From Vicugna vicugna (Eukaryota), in the NCBI GenBank assembly GCA_013265495.1, contig MU057744.1:1056001-1120000 (forward strand): a stretch of DNA of 64,000 nt, in the 5' to 3' direction. This document shows positions 11,901 through 23,669 of this stretch, one piece after another. Below the pieces are notes generated by a model. The model was not told the DNA's origin. It did not search any database and saw only the letters and a program-made list of their open reading frames with translations. The position numbers were made by a program, and so were the translations under genes. Within the stretch, counting starts at the first letter, position 1; each line of letters opens with the position of its first letter.

Positions 11901-14900
11901 GCGTCTCTGTGCACATGTGCTAGTGGCTGTTTTATTTGACTTCTTTTGGAGTCACTTGTGCATGGACACAGTCACTGACCCAGGTTTTGTAAGATAAATC
12001 CATGAAAGCGGTGTCACTGGCCCAGAGGGTGTGATATCCATTCATTGTCTTTTTTTTTTTTTTTGGACCTTTCTTATTTTGCACGTTAAAGACATTGACA
12101 GTCCTCCCTGTGCTGGAACTGACTTCCTTGACACAGCGGCCCTGCAGGCTGCCGGCCCTCCTCCCCCTTCCCTGGTGAGGCCTCCAGCACGGCCTCACTT
12201 CTCATGACTCAGCAGGCGGGCACCCCGCCGGCTACGTCTTTGCAGAGTGAAGTCACAAAGGGAAAGGCACAGGGGGCGAAGCCCAGGGGAACCAGAGCCC
12301 AGTGGAGTCCCACAGGTGCACCTCAGTCTCCTAGCAGCTAGCTGGACGGCACGTGTGAAGCGCTACTCCCCAGGGAAGCGCCTCAGACTCACTGCCCAGG
12401 GTTTTTATTGAGGGCTGGCCGCGCGTGGACAGCCCCTGCCCGGCACGGACCAAAATTCCAGACTCCCGGCAGGAGGGCAGGGGTTTAGCGTAAACCATAC
12501 TGTTCGCACAAGCCGTTTTGGTAAGTAACCCACCCTTCTCAGGTAGGGGGTGGGCGCCATCTCCAAATCCAGTTCCAGACACCAGCCGAGGGCCCACCTT
12601 GGAAGGAGGCCTCTTGGAGACCGCGGCCAGGTCTGCTTGGTGAACCCCTGTGCACCCCCTAATCCGACAGGCCGCTGAGGCTTTGCTCCTGACCGTGCTC
12701 TCAGTGTATCTCCCGTGATGTCCTGAGTGACTGTCTCTCCTCTGACTGTGAAGTATGAGTTCTGGTCACTCACTCAGCGTTAGCCCTGAGTCTCCCCCTC
12801 AGGGTGGTAGGCTGTCCTGCCAGCCCTTCACGCCGACAGTGTTCAGCGTGAACTCGCCATCTTCCTTCTGAGATCGCTTTCCTCCCCAGTTGTACTGCTG
12901 TAGGTAGTGGCCCCACGTGGACAGTTTCCTTTGAAGTATTTCTTGTATCTGCGTCCTCCCACCCCCTTAGTGTCTCCTGCCATCAGCCCAGATTATGTCC
13001 TCATCCCCAGGCTTGCTGGAAGTTGTCCCCAAAAACCCCCTGCCCTCCAGCTAATTTTACCCCCACTGGATTGCTGTTCCCAAACCCACTGTCAGAATTT
13101 CACTCTAAAACCTGGCCCTGGCTCCGTGTTTAACTGCTTCCTTCCTAGTCACTGTCTCCCAGGTGCGTTTTGTCTTCTCCTGCCTCTGCTTTTGTGAGGT
13201 GACATCTCTGCCTGAACTGGCTTCCTCTCTGCCTAACTTCTTCCCCGCTCACGCCGTGCCTCCTTCCTAAACTGTCTTCGGCCGCCTCAGTTAGAATTCT
13301 TTATACAGTTTTCTGAAGCATTTATTTGACACCTACTGCCCCACTTTTTTGTGGTGGAACAGTCAGGGTTTGTAGTTGCAAGCACAGAGGCCAGTCTCCA
13401 ACTGACGTAGAAAAGGGATGTGCCGGGTGGCACTGAGGAGTCTCGGGTCTTTGGTGGGCAGGACTGAAGAGCCAGGCTCGGCAGCCAGACAGCCACAGGC
13501 AGCAGCCCCGCCCACGCTCCTGTCACACCGGCTGCCGCCACTGGTCACGTCACAGGGGCCTGACTGGCTCGGGCACGGGGCTCTGGGCGGCTGCAGGTGA
13601 GGTGAGAGGCTTAGGGCCCGGGAAGGGCAGTGGGGTTTGTGACTGACCCGGGGGGGGGGTGCTGAAAGCAGCCCGCCTGAGCTGGCGTGAGGTTGGGCGT
13701 GACCCGGCTGTTGGGTTGTTAGGGCAGACGCGCCAGTGAAGAGTGTCCTTCACCTGCTGAGGGCTGGCAGGCGGGCATCGGGGAGCCCACGCGTGGGCGC
13801 CGCTGGGCCCGGCGGGCCGCCTGCTGGCCGCCCGCCCCCTCCCTTGCCACAGGAACAGTGGTTGTGAGCGGGCGAGCGGGCCGCGGGGCGTCTGCCTGCT
13901 TCCGTGGTCCGGAAGTGCCGAGGACTGCTGCCGGGACTCGGGGTGCTTCCCGAGGCAGAGAGCGGTCACCCGGACAACTGAAACGGCAAGTGGCCGAACT
14001 CTGCAACACGGCTGCTGCTCAGGAACAACGTATTGACAGCTGCAGCGGTCTGTTAGCAGTGACAGAGTCGACGACGGCCTCAGAAAGCTCTTCCCAGCCT
14101 TGAAACTAAATACGTAATACAATGTCTGTGGTTAAAAACATCGTAAGTGCTTATTACAGAAATCGGGAAAAGCAAGTCCAGAGAGGGGTGCGGTTACCTC
14201 CAGCGCTCATCGCTGGTACTTCGGCCTGGGCTTCGTGACGCTCACAGAAATGGATGCCTGAATAAAATAGTAAGATACTTAAAGAAAAGACATCTGGAAA
14301 ATATGTGAAGAAAATTAGAATCTCATCCTTCAGGAAAACTACTGCAGCACTTGTGGCTGATTTCCTTACAGTGTTTGCTCCTTCCTGTTCAGCGTTTACC
14401 GTTACTGGAGACCACACTGTCTAGTTTTGCAGGCCACTTGCTCACTGATGTTTGTATCACCAGTGTTTTTGTGTTACTAAATAGTCTGCATAAGTATGAG
14501 TTGAACGTATACAAACATTCAAAGTTACAAAAACTGTTCTCATTTTATTGAGAGATTTAGAGCGTGGAGGGTCCTGCTCTTCTTGTCCTCGGGCCGAGGC
14601 CCCGAAGATCGGGGTGGAGGAGTAGTGTCTCCCGTGTTCCCTGCACACAGAACCGTCCGCTCTGGTGTGCAGCTGGAGCCTTGCTCTGCTCGCCCACCCA
14701 GCCTGCCCTCGGCAGCCGCTCATCTCGTTACTTACCTGCAGGTGCCTGGCCTCCCACAGCCCAGTTTGCGGGCTGGTGAGAGCGCCTTCATCCCTGGTGA
14801 TTACTGGCCATCTCTCGACCTCTGTCCTGGATGTAAAGGTGACGGCCATGTCCTGCCCTGTGCAGCTGACAGTCTAGGTGTGTGTGTGCAAGTGAGCGGA

Positions 14901-17900
14901 GTCTGGACAGCCGGGCAGCCCCTCGGAGGAGGCTGGCTCAGTTGGCCCCGAGTCTGAAAGAGGCTCCAGCGGAGAATGTGCCTGAGCTGAGGGTTTCAGC
15001 TCATGAGCCTCCAATGATTACCGCTGTTTTATGTCCTCTGTCATTTACTTCTCACTTGCCGACAGTCCGAGCTACCTGGGATGGACAACGTCGCTGTCGT
15101 AAGCCGGCTGAGCCTGCAGGCGGCTTGTGGTGTGTGGCCTGATCACCCGCTCCAGTGCTCGGTGGCCGAGGAGGTGGTGGTGACGCAGGGGAGGCAGGTC
15201 TAGCCGGTGGCCTGACCGGGGGAGGGGTGGTGGCGGAGCCTCCTCTGGGGGAGGGGAGTGACAAGATCTGATAGCGTGTCGGCCCCAGACGGAAAGGCTG
15301 GGTTCCACGTGAGGAGGGGGTCAGTGGAGACCCGGAGACCCTTGGAGCACAAGCCTGTGCCCTGCACCGGGTGGGCAGGTGGATGCTGTGTCATGAGAGG
15401 TCCACGGGCGCCCAGAGCTCATCCTTAAGGTGGTGCGGTCCTCTGGTGCCCTGTGGGGTGCAGGTGATCCCCCAAGTCCCAGGTGTGGCCAAGTGGCTTC
15501 ACCTGGAGCGCCCTCTGCAGGCCGTGAGTGTTTGTCATTGTCTCTGTCCACACTGGCCTTTGGCTGCGCAGGCCAGGATCCTGCTGGCGGGACCCTCAGT
15601 GGAACTTCAGGAAGGAGGGAGGGGTGGGGGCCTGGCAGCACAAGCTGTTTCGTCTGTTATCTGAATTACCCTATTGAAGTTTTACTTCACACGCCCTCCA
15701 GCCAAATAAACAGTACTGTGAATGACACTTATGTACCTTTTCGTAAAGAACACGGAGCGGTCTGCAGATGCGGTGAGTTTCCTAGCCCTGCTGTTTTGTG
15801 TGGCTGTTTAAATAGTGGAGATGACTTGGAAAATGCTACGGTCTGAGCACCTTTATACACAACCTTCAAAAATGCTGTCTTTTGATTTTCTTTATGTAAA
15901 TGAACATTTGTTACGTTTCTCCTAGGGAATCCCCTACGTCGGGACCATTTCTGAGCCGCTGGAGCCTGGAACTTCGATTGTGCTACGTGGGCACGTCCCT
16001 GGTGACTCAGACAGGTAAGTCCTCGTGTGAGAAGGGAAGGGACGGGGCAGACTATCTCCTTGTGACTGCGGGATGGCAGCAACGCGCAGTGCGGCCGCGG
16101 CCGTCCCGATGCCCCGAGGCCTGACCATGCTTTCAGCAGTGGCCCCGGCCAAGGTGCTGGGGAGATGGGTGAATGACTGAAATCCGGGTCATCTGGGGTT
16201 TTTATTTATACTGTGATTTTTAGTACAAAGAATTAGATACGTGATGAAGGGAACCGCAGTCAGATGACAGGGAGAGTCTAGCTGCAGGACAACCACCCCA
16301 CAGTGTTTGTTAAGATCTGTGTTGGGTGGTTTTACCTCAGACATGCTTACTTTGGGGGCAAACCCTGGACTAGGCTGGATCAGTCTGAATTGGACTTGCC
16401 TTTCTGTGGCCGATGCCCAGGTAGTGACGATTCAGATGAGACGTGAGCGCTCAGTTGGAGGAGCTGCCTGGGCGTCCCAGGGCGCTCGGGCCCTCGCCCT
16501 GCAGCCCCGGGGCCGGCTCCTCTTTCTACGGATTCTTGGAAGCCAAGACTAGTCTTCACACCGTGTTTTGGGCCGCCGGAGGGGAAGGGCCCGGGTGGAC
16601 AGAGGCAGCTGCCAGCTGGTTTTTGAGGCTGATTCTAGTGGTTTTCCCTCAACACTCCCCCGCACCCCCAAACTTGAAGCGAAGGCTGGAAACCTGGGCA
16701 CTTACCCAGATGGGTCAGCCCAGCTACAGCTCAGGGTCTGTTATGAAGGAAGAGGGGAGGGGGTGAGGCAGCCAGGTAGTCAGGCCACGCGGGTGAGGAA
16801 CCAGGGGACCCGTCACGTGTCCCCGGCCTCCTCTCTGAGCCTGTGTGGCCCGTGTTCCTCTCCTCATGCAGATTCCAGGTGGACCTGCAGTGTGGCAGCA
16901 GCGTGAAGCCCCGGGCGGACGTGGCCTTTCACTTCAACCCACGGTTCAAAAGGGCCAACTGCATTGTGTGCAACACTCTGAGAAATGAAAAGTGGGGGTG
17001 GGAAGAGATCACCTACGACATGCCTTTCAAAAAGGAAGAGTCTTTTGAAATCGTGATCATGGTCCTGAAAGAGAAATTCCAGGTGGGTCGTGGAGGGTGG
17101 TGGGCCCTGGGTGACGAGGGGCGTGCAGGGGGTCTCCTGTGGGGGGGCTCCCCCTGCGCTGCTGATGCCCAGAGAGCTTGCTCTTTCTCCTGTCTCGGGG
17201 GGGCGGGGGCGGGCCCCCAGCATCCCCTGTGGACACTGCCGGGCGGTGGGAGCAGGCCCAGGGTGGCCAGGCTTCTACCAGGCTGTGTCCTCCCCGTGCG
17301 GCACAGCGCTGTGCTTGGGAAGGGACAGTAAGCTGTCACCCCATGCCCCAGGGTGGGGGGTCCAGGCTACAGACACGGGATCCTGCAGTGGAAGTCGGAA
17401 GATTTTGTAGAGTTAAGTCCTGCTCTGGGATGGTTCTGCAGGAGTGTGAGATTTTAGACCCAGAGATCTGAGAAGTCGTCTGTGTAGCAAGTACTGTCCC
17501 CTGGCGCCATCCGGCATAGCTTGTGTAGGTGGAGTCTGGTCCTAGAGGCCCGACCCCGCCAGCCCCCAAAGCCTGTCTAGCCTCCCGGCACAGAGATCTG
17601 AGGCTCAGAGGAAGCCCCCGCAGCCCTGGTGCAGCCCTCCCCCTCCCGCCCCCAGCACGCCCCCTCCCCTGGCCTGGGGAGCGTCTGCGTCACGCAGTGT
17701 AACTCTCGTTCCTGTGCTGTTGTGCTTTGGTGTTTCCCGGCGTTTACTCTCCTGCCTGCTGGTGGGTTCTCAGCTCCTCGAGGTCGGAGCTGGGGCTGTG
17801 TTCCGCATGTCTCCCTGAACGTGGTGCCAGGCGTCTGCGGAGGGCGCGGGTGTCTGCTGTGCCTCAGGCCTTGGCTGGGGCCTCGTCGAGTGACCAGGGG

Positions 17901-20900
17901 CCCTTGGCAGGAGAGCCATCTCCTGCTCAGACGGGCGCCTGGGGAAGCCGAGTGGTCCGCCCTGGGCGCTTGTTCAGCAGGTGCAGCAAGGGTTCAGAGA
18001 GCACCTGCCACATGCGGGCTGGTCCCCTAAGAGCGTGGGCCCCTGGGACAGCAGGGGGCTCACTGCACCCTGCGGTCTGACCTGCGTGCCTCGTGCATGC
18101 GGACACGTGTCGTGAGTGCAGCGTTCGTCTCACCAGGTGGACTCAGGCTGGAGACACCCTCATCACAGCCTGTCAGACAGGCGTGTGGAGGCCTGTGGGG
18201 AGAGCTGTGAGGTTAAATCCGTGTCAGCAGGTTTAATTTGGGGAAGTTAATAAAATGAACTCATGCGCGGTCCCCTGGGGGGCTGCCTTCTTTCTGTGCA
18301 GGTGGCCGTCAATGGCAGACACGTCCTGCTGTACGCGCACCGCATCCCCCTGGACAAGGTAGACACGCTGGGCATCCGCGGCCAGGTGACCATTTGCTCC
18401 GTCGGCTTTTGTTTCAGCCCGGTGAGTGCCACGCCCGTCGTCTGACAAAGCGGCAGGAAGCATCTTTGATGTCTTCTGTTGAGATGAGAAAACGTGAACA
18501 GCTGCCTCATTTCCGTATAAAGTTTCAGAAGTCAGTCTTCCAGACTAGTAAGAGCACCCAGATCGACCAGGGCCTTCCTGGCCGTGGATGGCAGATCTGG
18601 CCCGGTTCCCAGAAACCCAAACCAGTCACAGCGGGGCGGGCAGACAGGCAGGCAGACAGCGCTCTGGCTGGACAGGGGCGTGTCCTCGATGCAGGAGCTC
18701 CAGGGTGGCTCCCGGGAGCGGAAGGGCCACATCAGAGGGCGCCTGCACGTTCCGTCACGGCTGAGACCGCTAACCTGCCCTCCAGGGAAGAAAAGCGGGC
18801 GACAGCCTCGCCGCCTGCGCCGCTTCCTCCTGTTCCTGAGGCTCATTCCTGCTTGTTCCGGGAGTGGGAGGGCCCTAGCGTCACCTGCATTTAGGGGTCA
18901 TAATTTCCTAGCATTTTCTTGTTTAGTGCCATTTGTGTTACTGTCTTTGATGTATTAAGTAGATTACATTTAGAATTCTGATGGATGTTAAATCCTAAAA
19001 AATAAATAAGTTTCCGTCAGGGCGTGAGAAGTGCCCAGGCAGCTGCTCTGGACGGAGGTGGGTCAAGACCACGTAGACATTAAGTCTCTCCACGAACTCC
19101 TGGTTTAAAAATGTTTTAGTTGCCATGTAAGTCAGGTGGCGGGCTGAGGTTTCTGAAATTATGTTCTTAATGTGAAAAATTATGTCTTTAATAACTACTA
19201 GGCTGGAAGCAGTCACTTGAAACCTGAGGCTCAGTCTTGCGGGCACCAGGTGCCGTAGGTTCTGCCAATGCTCAGATGGTCAGAGGTCTGACCACAACCC
19301 AGGCTTGTGTACGGAGACCTCGCTGACTCTTAACTGCCGGGTAGCACTGTCGGTGGGTGTTTTGTCTTTTCCCCCCGTCGAAACGAGTGCAGTTTAAACA
19401 GTTCTTTGCTGCTGTTAGTGGGGACAAAGAGGTCTCACAGACCTCAGCGCAGAGTAGAGCCTCACATGTTGGGAGCACCCTGCACAGAGCCAGCAACCCA
19501 CGTGCGGGGAAATCCGTGGAAGTGGTTAGCTTACGGTGGAGGATGTGGGCCTAAGACAGCCGGGACTGCCAGGCTGTCCCAGCCCGCGTGGCACTTCACC
19601 ACTGCGTGGCCGCTGTCGGAAAGCTCCGGCCGCCCGTCCGGCACCCCCAGGTCAGTGCGAGCGTGTGGTGTGACTGCTTTTGTTACAAAATGTTCTCTCT
19701 TCCCTGTCAAATGTCCTCATTTTGTCTTTGTTTTCCAATAGGTACCAAAGTCTGACATGCCGCAGTTTGTAAGTATTTTCGCGCTAACCCATGGAATGTG
19801 TTACCGAATTGCCCAGGAAAGGAATAGTTTAAACCTTGGAAGACAGCTTCGTTGGTCCCATCCCTTACTGCAGGCCTGTCTCCCTGCAGCCTAGTAATAG
19901 AGGAGGAGGCACTTCTAAAGTCGTGCCCAGAACTGTCTACACCAAGAGCAAAGGTTCGACAGCCAGTCACACTTTGACTTGCGCCAAAATTCTGCCTACC
20001 AACTGTCTGTCAAAGGTTTGAAGAGCCACACGTTTCTTAATTCTGTGTAATGAGTTAAGTTTTAGTTAGCTGTATGTGTAACCTGCCCTCGCAGACGCCC
20101 ACGGCAGCCTCCCTGCGTTTGTCTGGGCATCCAGGACGATGTCAGCCAGCCTGGCATCACGTCCTGAGCCGTCAGTGCGTGTCCCCTCGGCCACCTGAGC
20201 CCGGCTGAGCCCTGACGCTGAGGGCCTCCTCCGAGGGAGCTTCCCTCCTCCGAAGGATGTCCGGTCCCCCCACACCCATCCACGCTTGTCTGAACACACC
20301 CTGGCGTCTGCTGAGAGCCAGACACAGGCTGGCTGCGGGGGACCTGCCCTGGGGTTTAGGGGGTCTTGGCCTTTAAGCGTTGCCTGGTGTGTTTGGACAG
20401 ACTCCCCGCGAGACCCCATTCCGCAGGCTTCCTGGTGCTGACGGCGGTTTCTTCGCAGACCCTGCCCTATGTGGCGAAGTTGAACTCCTCCATGGGCCCT
20501 GGACGGACGGTCGTCATTAAAGGAGAAGTGAACACATGCGCCAAAGGGTATGAGAGTGGCCGCCGCATCGGGAAGGCTCTCCCCGGGTGGCACTCGGGCC
20601 GCACTCCCTTAAGTTTCGAGGTCGGGGGAGGGGGGTGGCAAGGAGCGGCTGCCTGGCAGGCAGCCCACTGTGAGGAGCAGGGGGCACATCGTGCCGAGGC
20701 CGGGTGTGCTTGGAGGGACCCTCTTCCTGCGGCTGATGAAATCCTTCAGTTTCTCCCAACCAGTTCTGTAGCCTTAATGTTGATTTTAAAGTTTTCCATA
20801 TTTTTATTTCGTATAAAACATATCAATGAAACGCCAACTCAGAATTTTAAGTTTCTCTTTGAGCAGCATTCCAGGGTCCTCATGCATACTTCCTTGTAGT

Positions 20901-23669
20901 CAGAATCAGAGTTTCTCATTGTTAAAACTAAGAAATTGCACTACTGTCTTCTACTTGGTTAATTAGAGTTTTTTTTTAATTCTCTCAAAAGCTTTAATGT
21001 TAATCTACGCTCAGCAAAATCCAGGGCAATTGCTCTCCACCTGAACCCACGCCTCAACAGTAAAGCGTTCGTGAGGAATTCGTTTCTTCAGGAGTCCTGG
21101 GGAGAAGAAGAGAGAAATATTACCTGCTTTCCATTTAGTCCTGGGATGTACTTTGAGGTGAGAGCATCTTTGTTGGAAATGAGGCAGGAAAGAGAAGCCT
21201 GGGGGTGGCAGTGGTCCGTTAAGTCGGGTCCAGCTTCGCGGGTGGAGACTGCGGTCTGTTTACTCAGAGACATATTCCTGGAAGCTCTCTCGCCCTGGGG
21301 ACCATCAGCTTCAGTGGCCGCGGCAGGTGGCGTCTGCACAGGGATCAGTGGCATTTGTTCTAGTAGGAATTTTGACAGGGACCTGGTCTCGGGGCTGGAG
21401 GAACGTGTCTAACCCAAGTGAACACGAGGACACAGGAGCCACAGGCCTGGCTGCACGGGCCGGCGTGGCCCCCGGGGCAGGACTCTGTTCCGAGTAGTCC
21501 TATTTGTGTGTTGTCAGCGAGGGATACGTTTAGACCGTTGGGACTTGAAGGCACCTGGTCCTGGGTCCCCAGTAGGTGCCTGGGCTGCCGAGCGCGATCA
21601 GCCTAGCATGTGGGTGCTGGGTGCTCAGCAGGGCTCGCTCACTGGCTTTGGTGACTCTTTGCCTCACAGGGTCACCGTGGGTCATTTACTCAGGTCCTGC
21701 TTCGACAGCGTTTTAAATTGTCAAGAGAGGCAATACCAAGGCTGAATAGAAGATGGCGGTTTGACGCCAATATTTATTCACATTTGAACACAGCGCCCTG
21801 GATGTGGTGTCAGACGCGAGCTAACCCCAGGCTCCCTGGAAGTCGTGGGTGTTGGTTTGGAGTTGAGAGGATGTGGGGGTGACTTGAGCAGGGCCCAGGT
21901 GAGGGTCTGCTGACCCGGCAGGAGTTGGGCGTGACGGGTGCCTCGGGGTCCCTGGAGGGGAGGAGGGGCTGCTCCAGAAGGAAGTGGCTCTTGTGGTTGG
22001 TGACAGGAAACCAGCAGCTTGTCTTCTGACCCGAGCCCGAGTCTGGAACTGCGGTATTAAAATTTAAAAGGACAGTAATGGGTGATCATCTTTCCCTGTT
22101 AGCTTCCCACTCCGGGAACGGTAGTTACTCTCCTGTTGGGCCACGTGTCAGTGTTTTGTCGTGACAGACCTTTTCCAGTAGCCTCGACCTCCCGCCTCGG
22201 GAGGGGATTCTCGGGCCTCCCCTCCGGCATTGCTTCGATTCTACGTGGTGTCTCTGCTCCTCATTAGTCCTCTCTCAGCTGTGATCTCATCTGTGAGCTT
22301 TTTATCAGATTCACGTTCTTCTGTTCAGATGGTTTGGCTGTTCAGGTGGTGTGAGGGATTCTGTGGTTTCCCTTGGGTCTGGGGTCCTCTTCCTTTCCCG
22401 CTGGTAACGCGCTGGCCCTGCCTGGTCCGAGGCCGTGAAGGGGACTGACTCCTGTTCCGCTGCGTCCACCTGCTGCTCGTCTTCCCTTCCGGGGGAGGCT
22501 GTGTTGTGTCCTCGTGAGATGCGGTGAAGGGTGCGGCCCCTGCGGCCCCTTCCACCCGGTGGTCGCTGGCTGCCCACCATTGCCGCAGGCAGGTAACCTG
22601 GGCCTGGGTGTCCCCTGGTTCTCCATGTGGCCCTGACTTCTGCCAGTTCCTCCACTGTCCCTGGGACACCACCCCCCCAAGCTCCCCGCAGCTGTCTCCA
22701 TGAGCTCCCCAGCAAAAGAGAAAGGACTCGGCTTGCTGCTTTGCAGATGCAGACTCCGCCTCAGTCTGGTGCCAGGGCTGGAGCCTGGGAGCCCGCCGTG
22801 GGGACACCCGCCCCGGCGGCCTCCATGTGGGCTGGAAACAGGCAGAGGATCCGTGGTATCAGAAGCACAAGGCTTAGATGTAAAAGTGATTAAACGGGTA
22901 GCGGTTTCTTTTGTTTTTATCACTACTATGAGTTTAGGCAAAGACCTCTGAGGGGCTGATGCCAGTGATGCATCAGAACCGAATCTGCCAGCACGCTCAT
23001 CACCCTCTAGTGTCACGGGCTGCCGAGCTCCCTAGCTTTGGAGAGACAGACGAGATGTTCTGAGCTGGGAGGGGACGCAGGGCCGCCAGGCAGCTGTGCA
23101 GCCAGTCCCTAGCCAGTGCCCGAAACTTGCAGAAGCTCACGCTGAGCGGTCCAAGACCCTAGGACTTGAAGCGAAAAGTCAGGACCCACGTGCTGTGGTT
23201 CCCGTCCCTGAACGGTTCCTCTTGGCGGTCTTTAGTGTGGCCAGCCATTGGTGAGGAGGGTGACACCCACCTCCAGGGACAAGGGGTGGAGGGGCGTGTG
23301 CTGAGGATGGAGGCCAGCAGGCCCTGGGCTTCCCGGAGTGTATCCCTGAGCGGGACGAGGCAGGAGGTGCCCCCGGCAGACACGCTTCAGCCCGATCTGG
23401 GTCTTGGGGATGACGGCGGGGAAGGTCCCAGAAGCAGGCTGGGAGAACGTCTCCAAGCGGTTTACTTGCTGACACTCTGTTCCCAGAGGAACCACTAACG
23501 CTGTGTGCTTCCCTTCCAGATGATAATTTATTGTGACGTGAGAGACTTCAAGGTGGCAGTGAACGGCGCGCACAGCCTGGAGTACAAGCACAGGTTCAAG
23601 GAGCTCGGTGACGTCGACACGCTGGAGGTTGACGGCGACATCCGCTTGCTGGAAGTGAGGAGCTGGTAG
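8871..23669 (+). CDS. LGALS8: Galectin-8 (tandem-repeat galectin), spliced CDS: 8871-8912, 15926-16014, 16872-17082, 18302-18421, [19021-19072 frameshifted], 19742-19768, [19890-20015 optional], 20459-20547, 20992-21157, 23520-23669
   Basis: Two CRDs with HFNPRF..CNT..WGWEE and HLNPRL..VRNS..WGEEER motifs; GT-AG junctions with matching phases; 297 aa without both bracketed exons, 339 aa with the 126-nt exon. Confidence 0.97.
9117..9253. mobile_element. Tigger2/MER8-like DNA transposon MITE
   Basis: Terminal AAAAAATCCAGGTGTAAGTGGACCGCCCAGTTCAGAGCTGTGTTGTTCAAAGGTCAGCTG and matching AGCTGGCCCT left end. Confidence 0.65.
11480..12110 (-). mobile_element. Old L1M (L1ME-like) fragment
   Basis: CATGGCTGCATAATTACTCTGTTACATGGACGTAC..TTAACCAGCCCCCTG antisense L1M 3' motifs. 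Confidence 0.45.
12170..12656. mobile_element. MER21-family LTR
   Basis: ACTCACTGCCCAGGGTTTTTATTGAGGGCTGG..ACCAAAATTCCAGACTCCCGG..TAAACCATACTGTTCGCACAAG matches my recollection of the MER21 consensus. Confidence 0.7.
15926..16014 (+). CDS. LGALS8: LGALS8 exon 3
   Basis: cctag|[30 protein letters not shown]|gtaagt, 89 nt. Confidence 0.95.
16872..17082 (+). CDS. LGALS8: LGALS8 exon 4 (N-CRD core)
   Basis: [48 protein letters not shown], 211 nt. Confidence 0.97.
18302..18421 (+). CDS. LGALS8: LGALS8 exon 5
   Basis: [40 protein letters not shown]|gtgagt, 120 nt. Confidence 0.95.
19021..19072 (+). other. LGALS8: Orthologue of LGALS8 linker exon 6, frameshifted (52 nt)
   Basis: tcag|[10 protein letters not shown].. 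then TEVGQDH|gtagac in a shifted frame; resembles human DLQSTQASSLELTEISREN. Confidence 0.7.
19742..19768 (+). CDS. LGALS8: LGALS8 exon 7 (27-nt linker micro-exon)
   Basis: aatag|VPKSDMPQF|gtaagt. Confidence 0.9.
19890..20015 (+). CDS. LGALS8: LGALS8 alternative long-linker exon (Gal-8L)
   Basis: ctgcag|[42 protein letters not shown]|gtttga, 126 nt, frame-preserving. Confidence 0.88.
20459..20547 (+). CDS. LGALS8: LGALS8 exon 9
   Basis: [29 protein letters not shown], 89 nt. Confidence 0.95.
20992..21157 (+). CDS. LGALS8: LGALS8 exon 10 (C-CRD core)
   Basis: [55 protein letters not shown], 166 nt. Confidence 0.96.
23520..23669 (+). CDS. LGALS8: LGALS8 last coding exon
   Basis: [49 protein letters not shown]. 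Confidence 0.96.
   Translation: MIIYCDVRDFKVAVNGAHSLEYKHRFKELGDVDTLEVDGDIRLLEVRSW

Noticed and set aside
15935..15937. Tyr at the position of the human F19Y polymorphism
   Set aside because: Tyr is probably the common mammalian state, so not unusual
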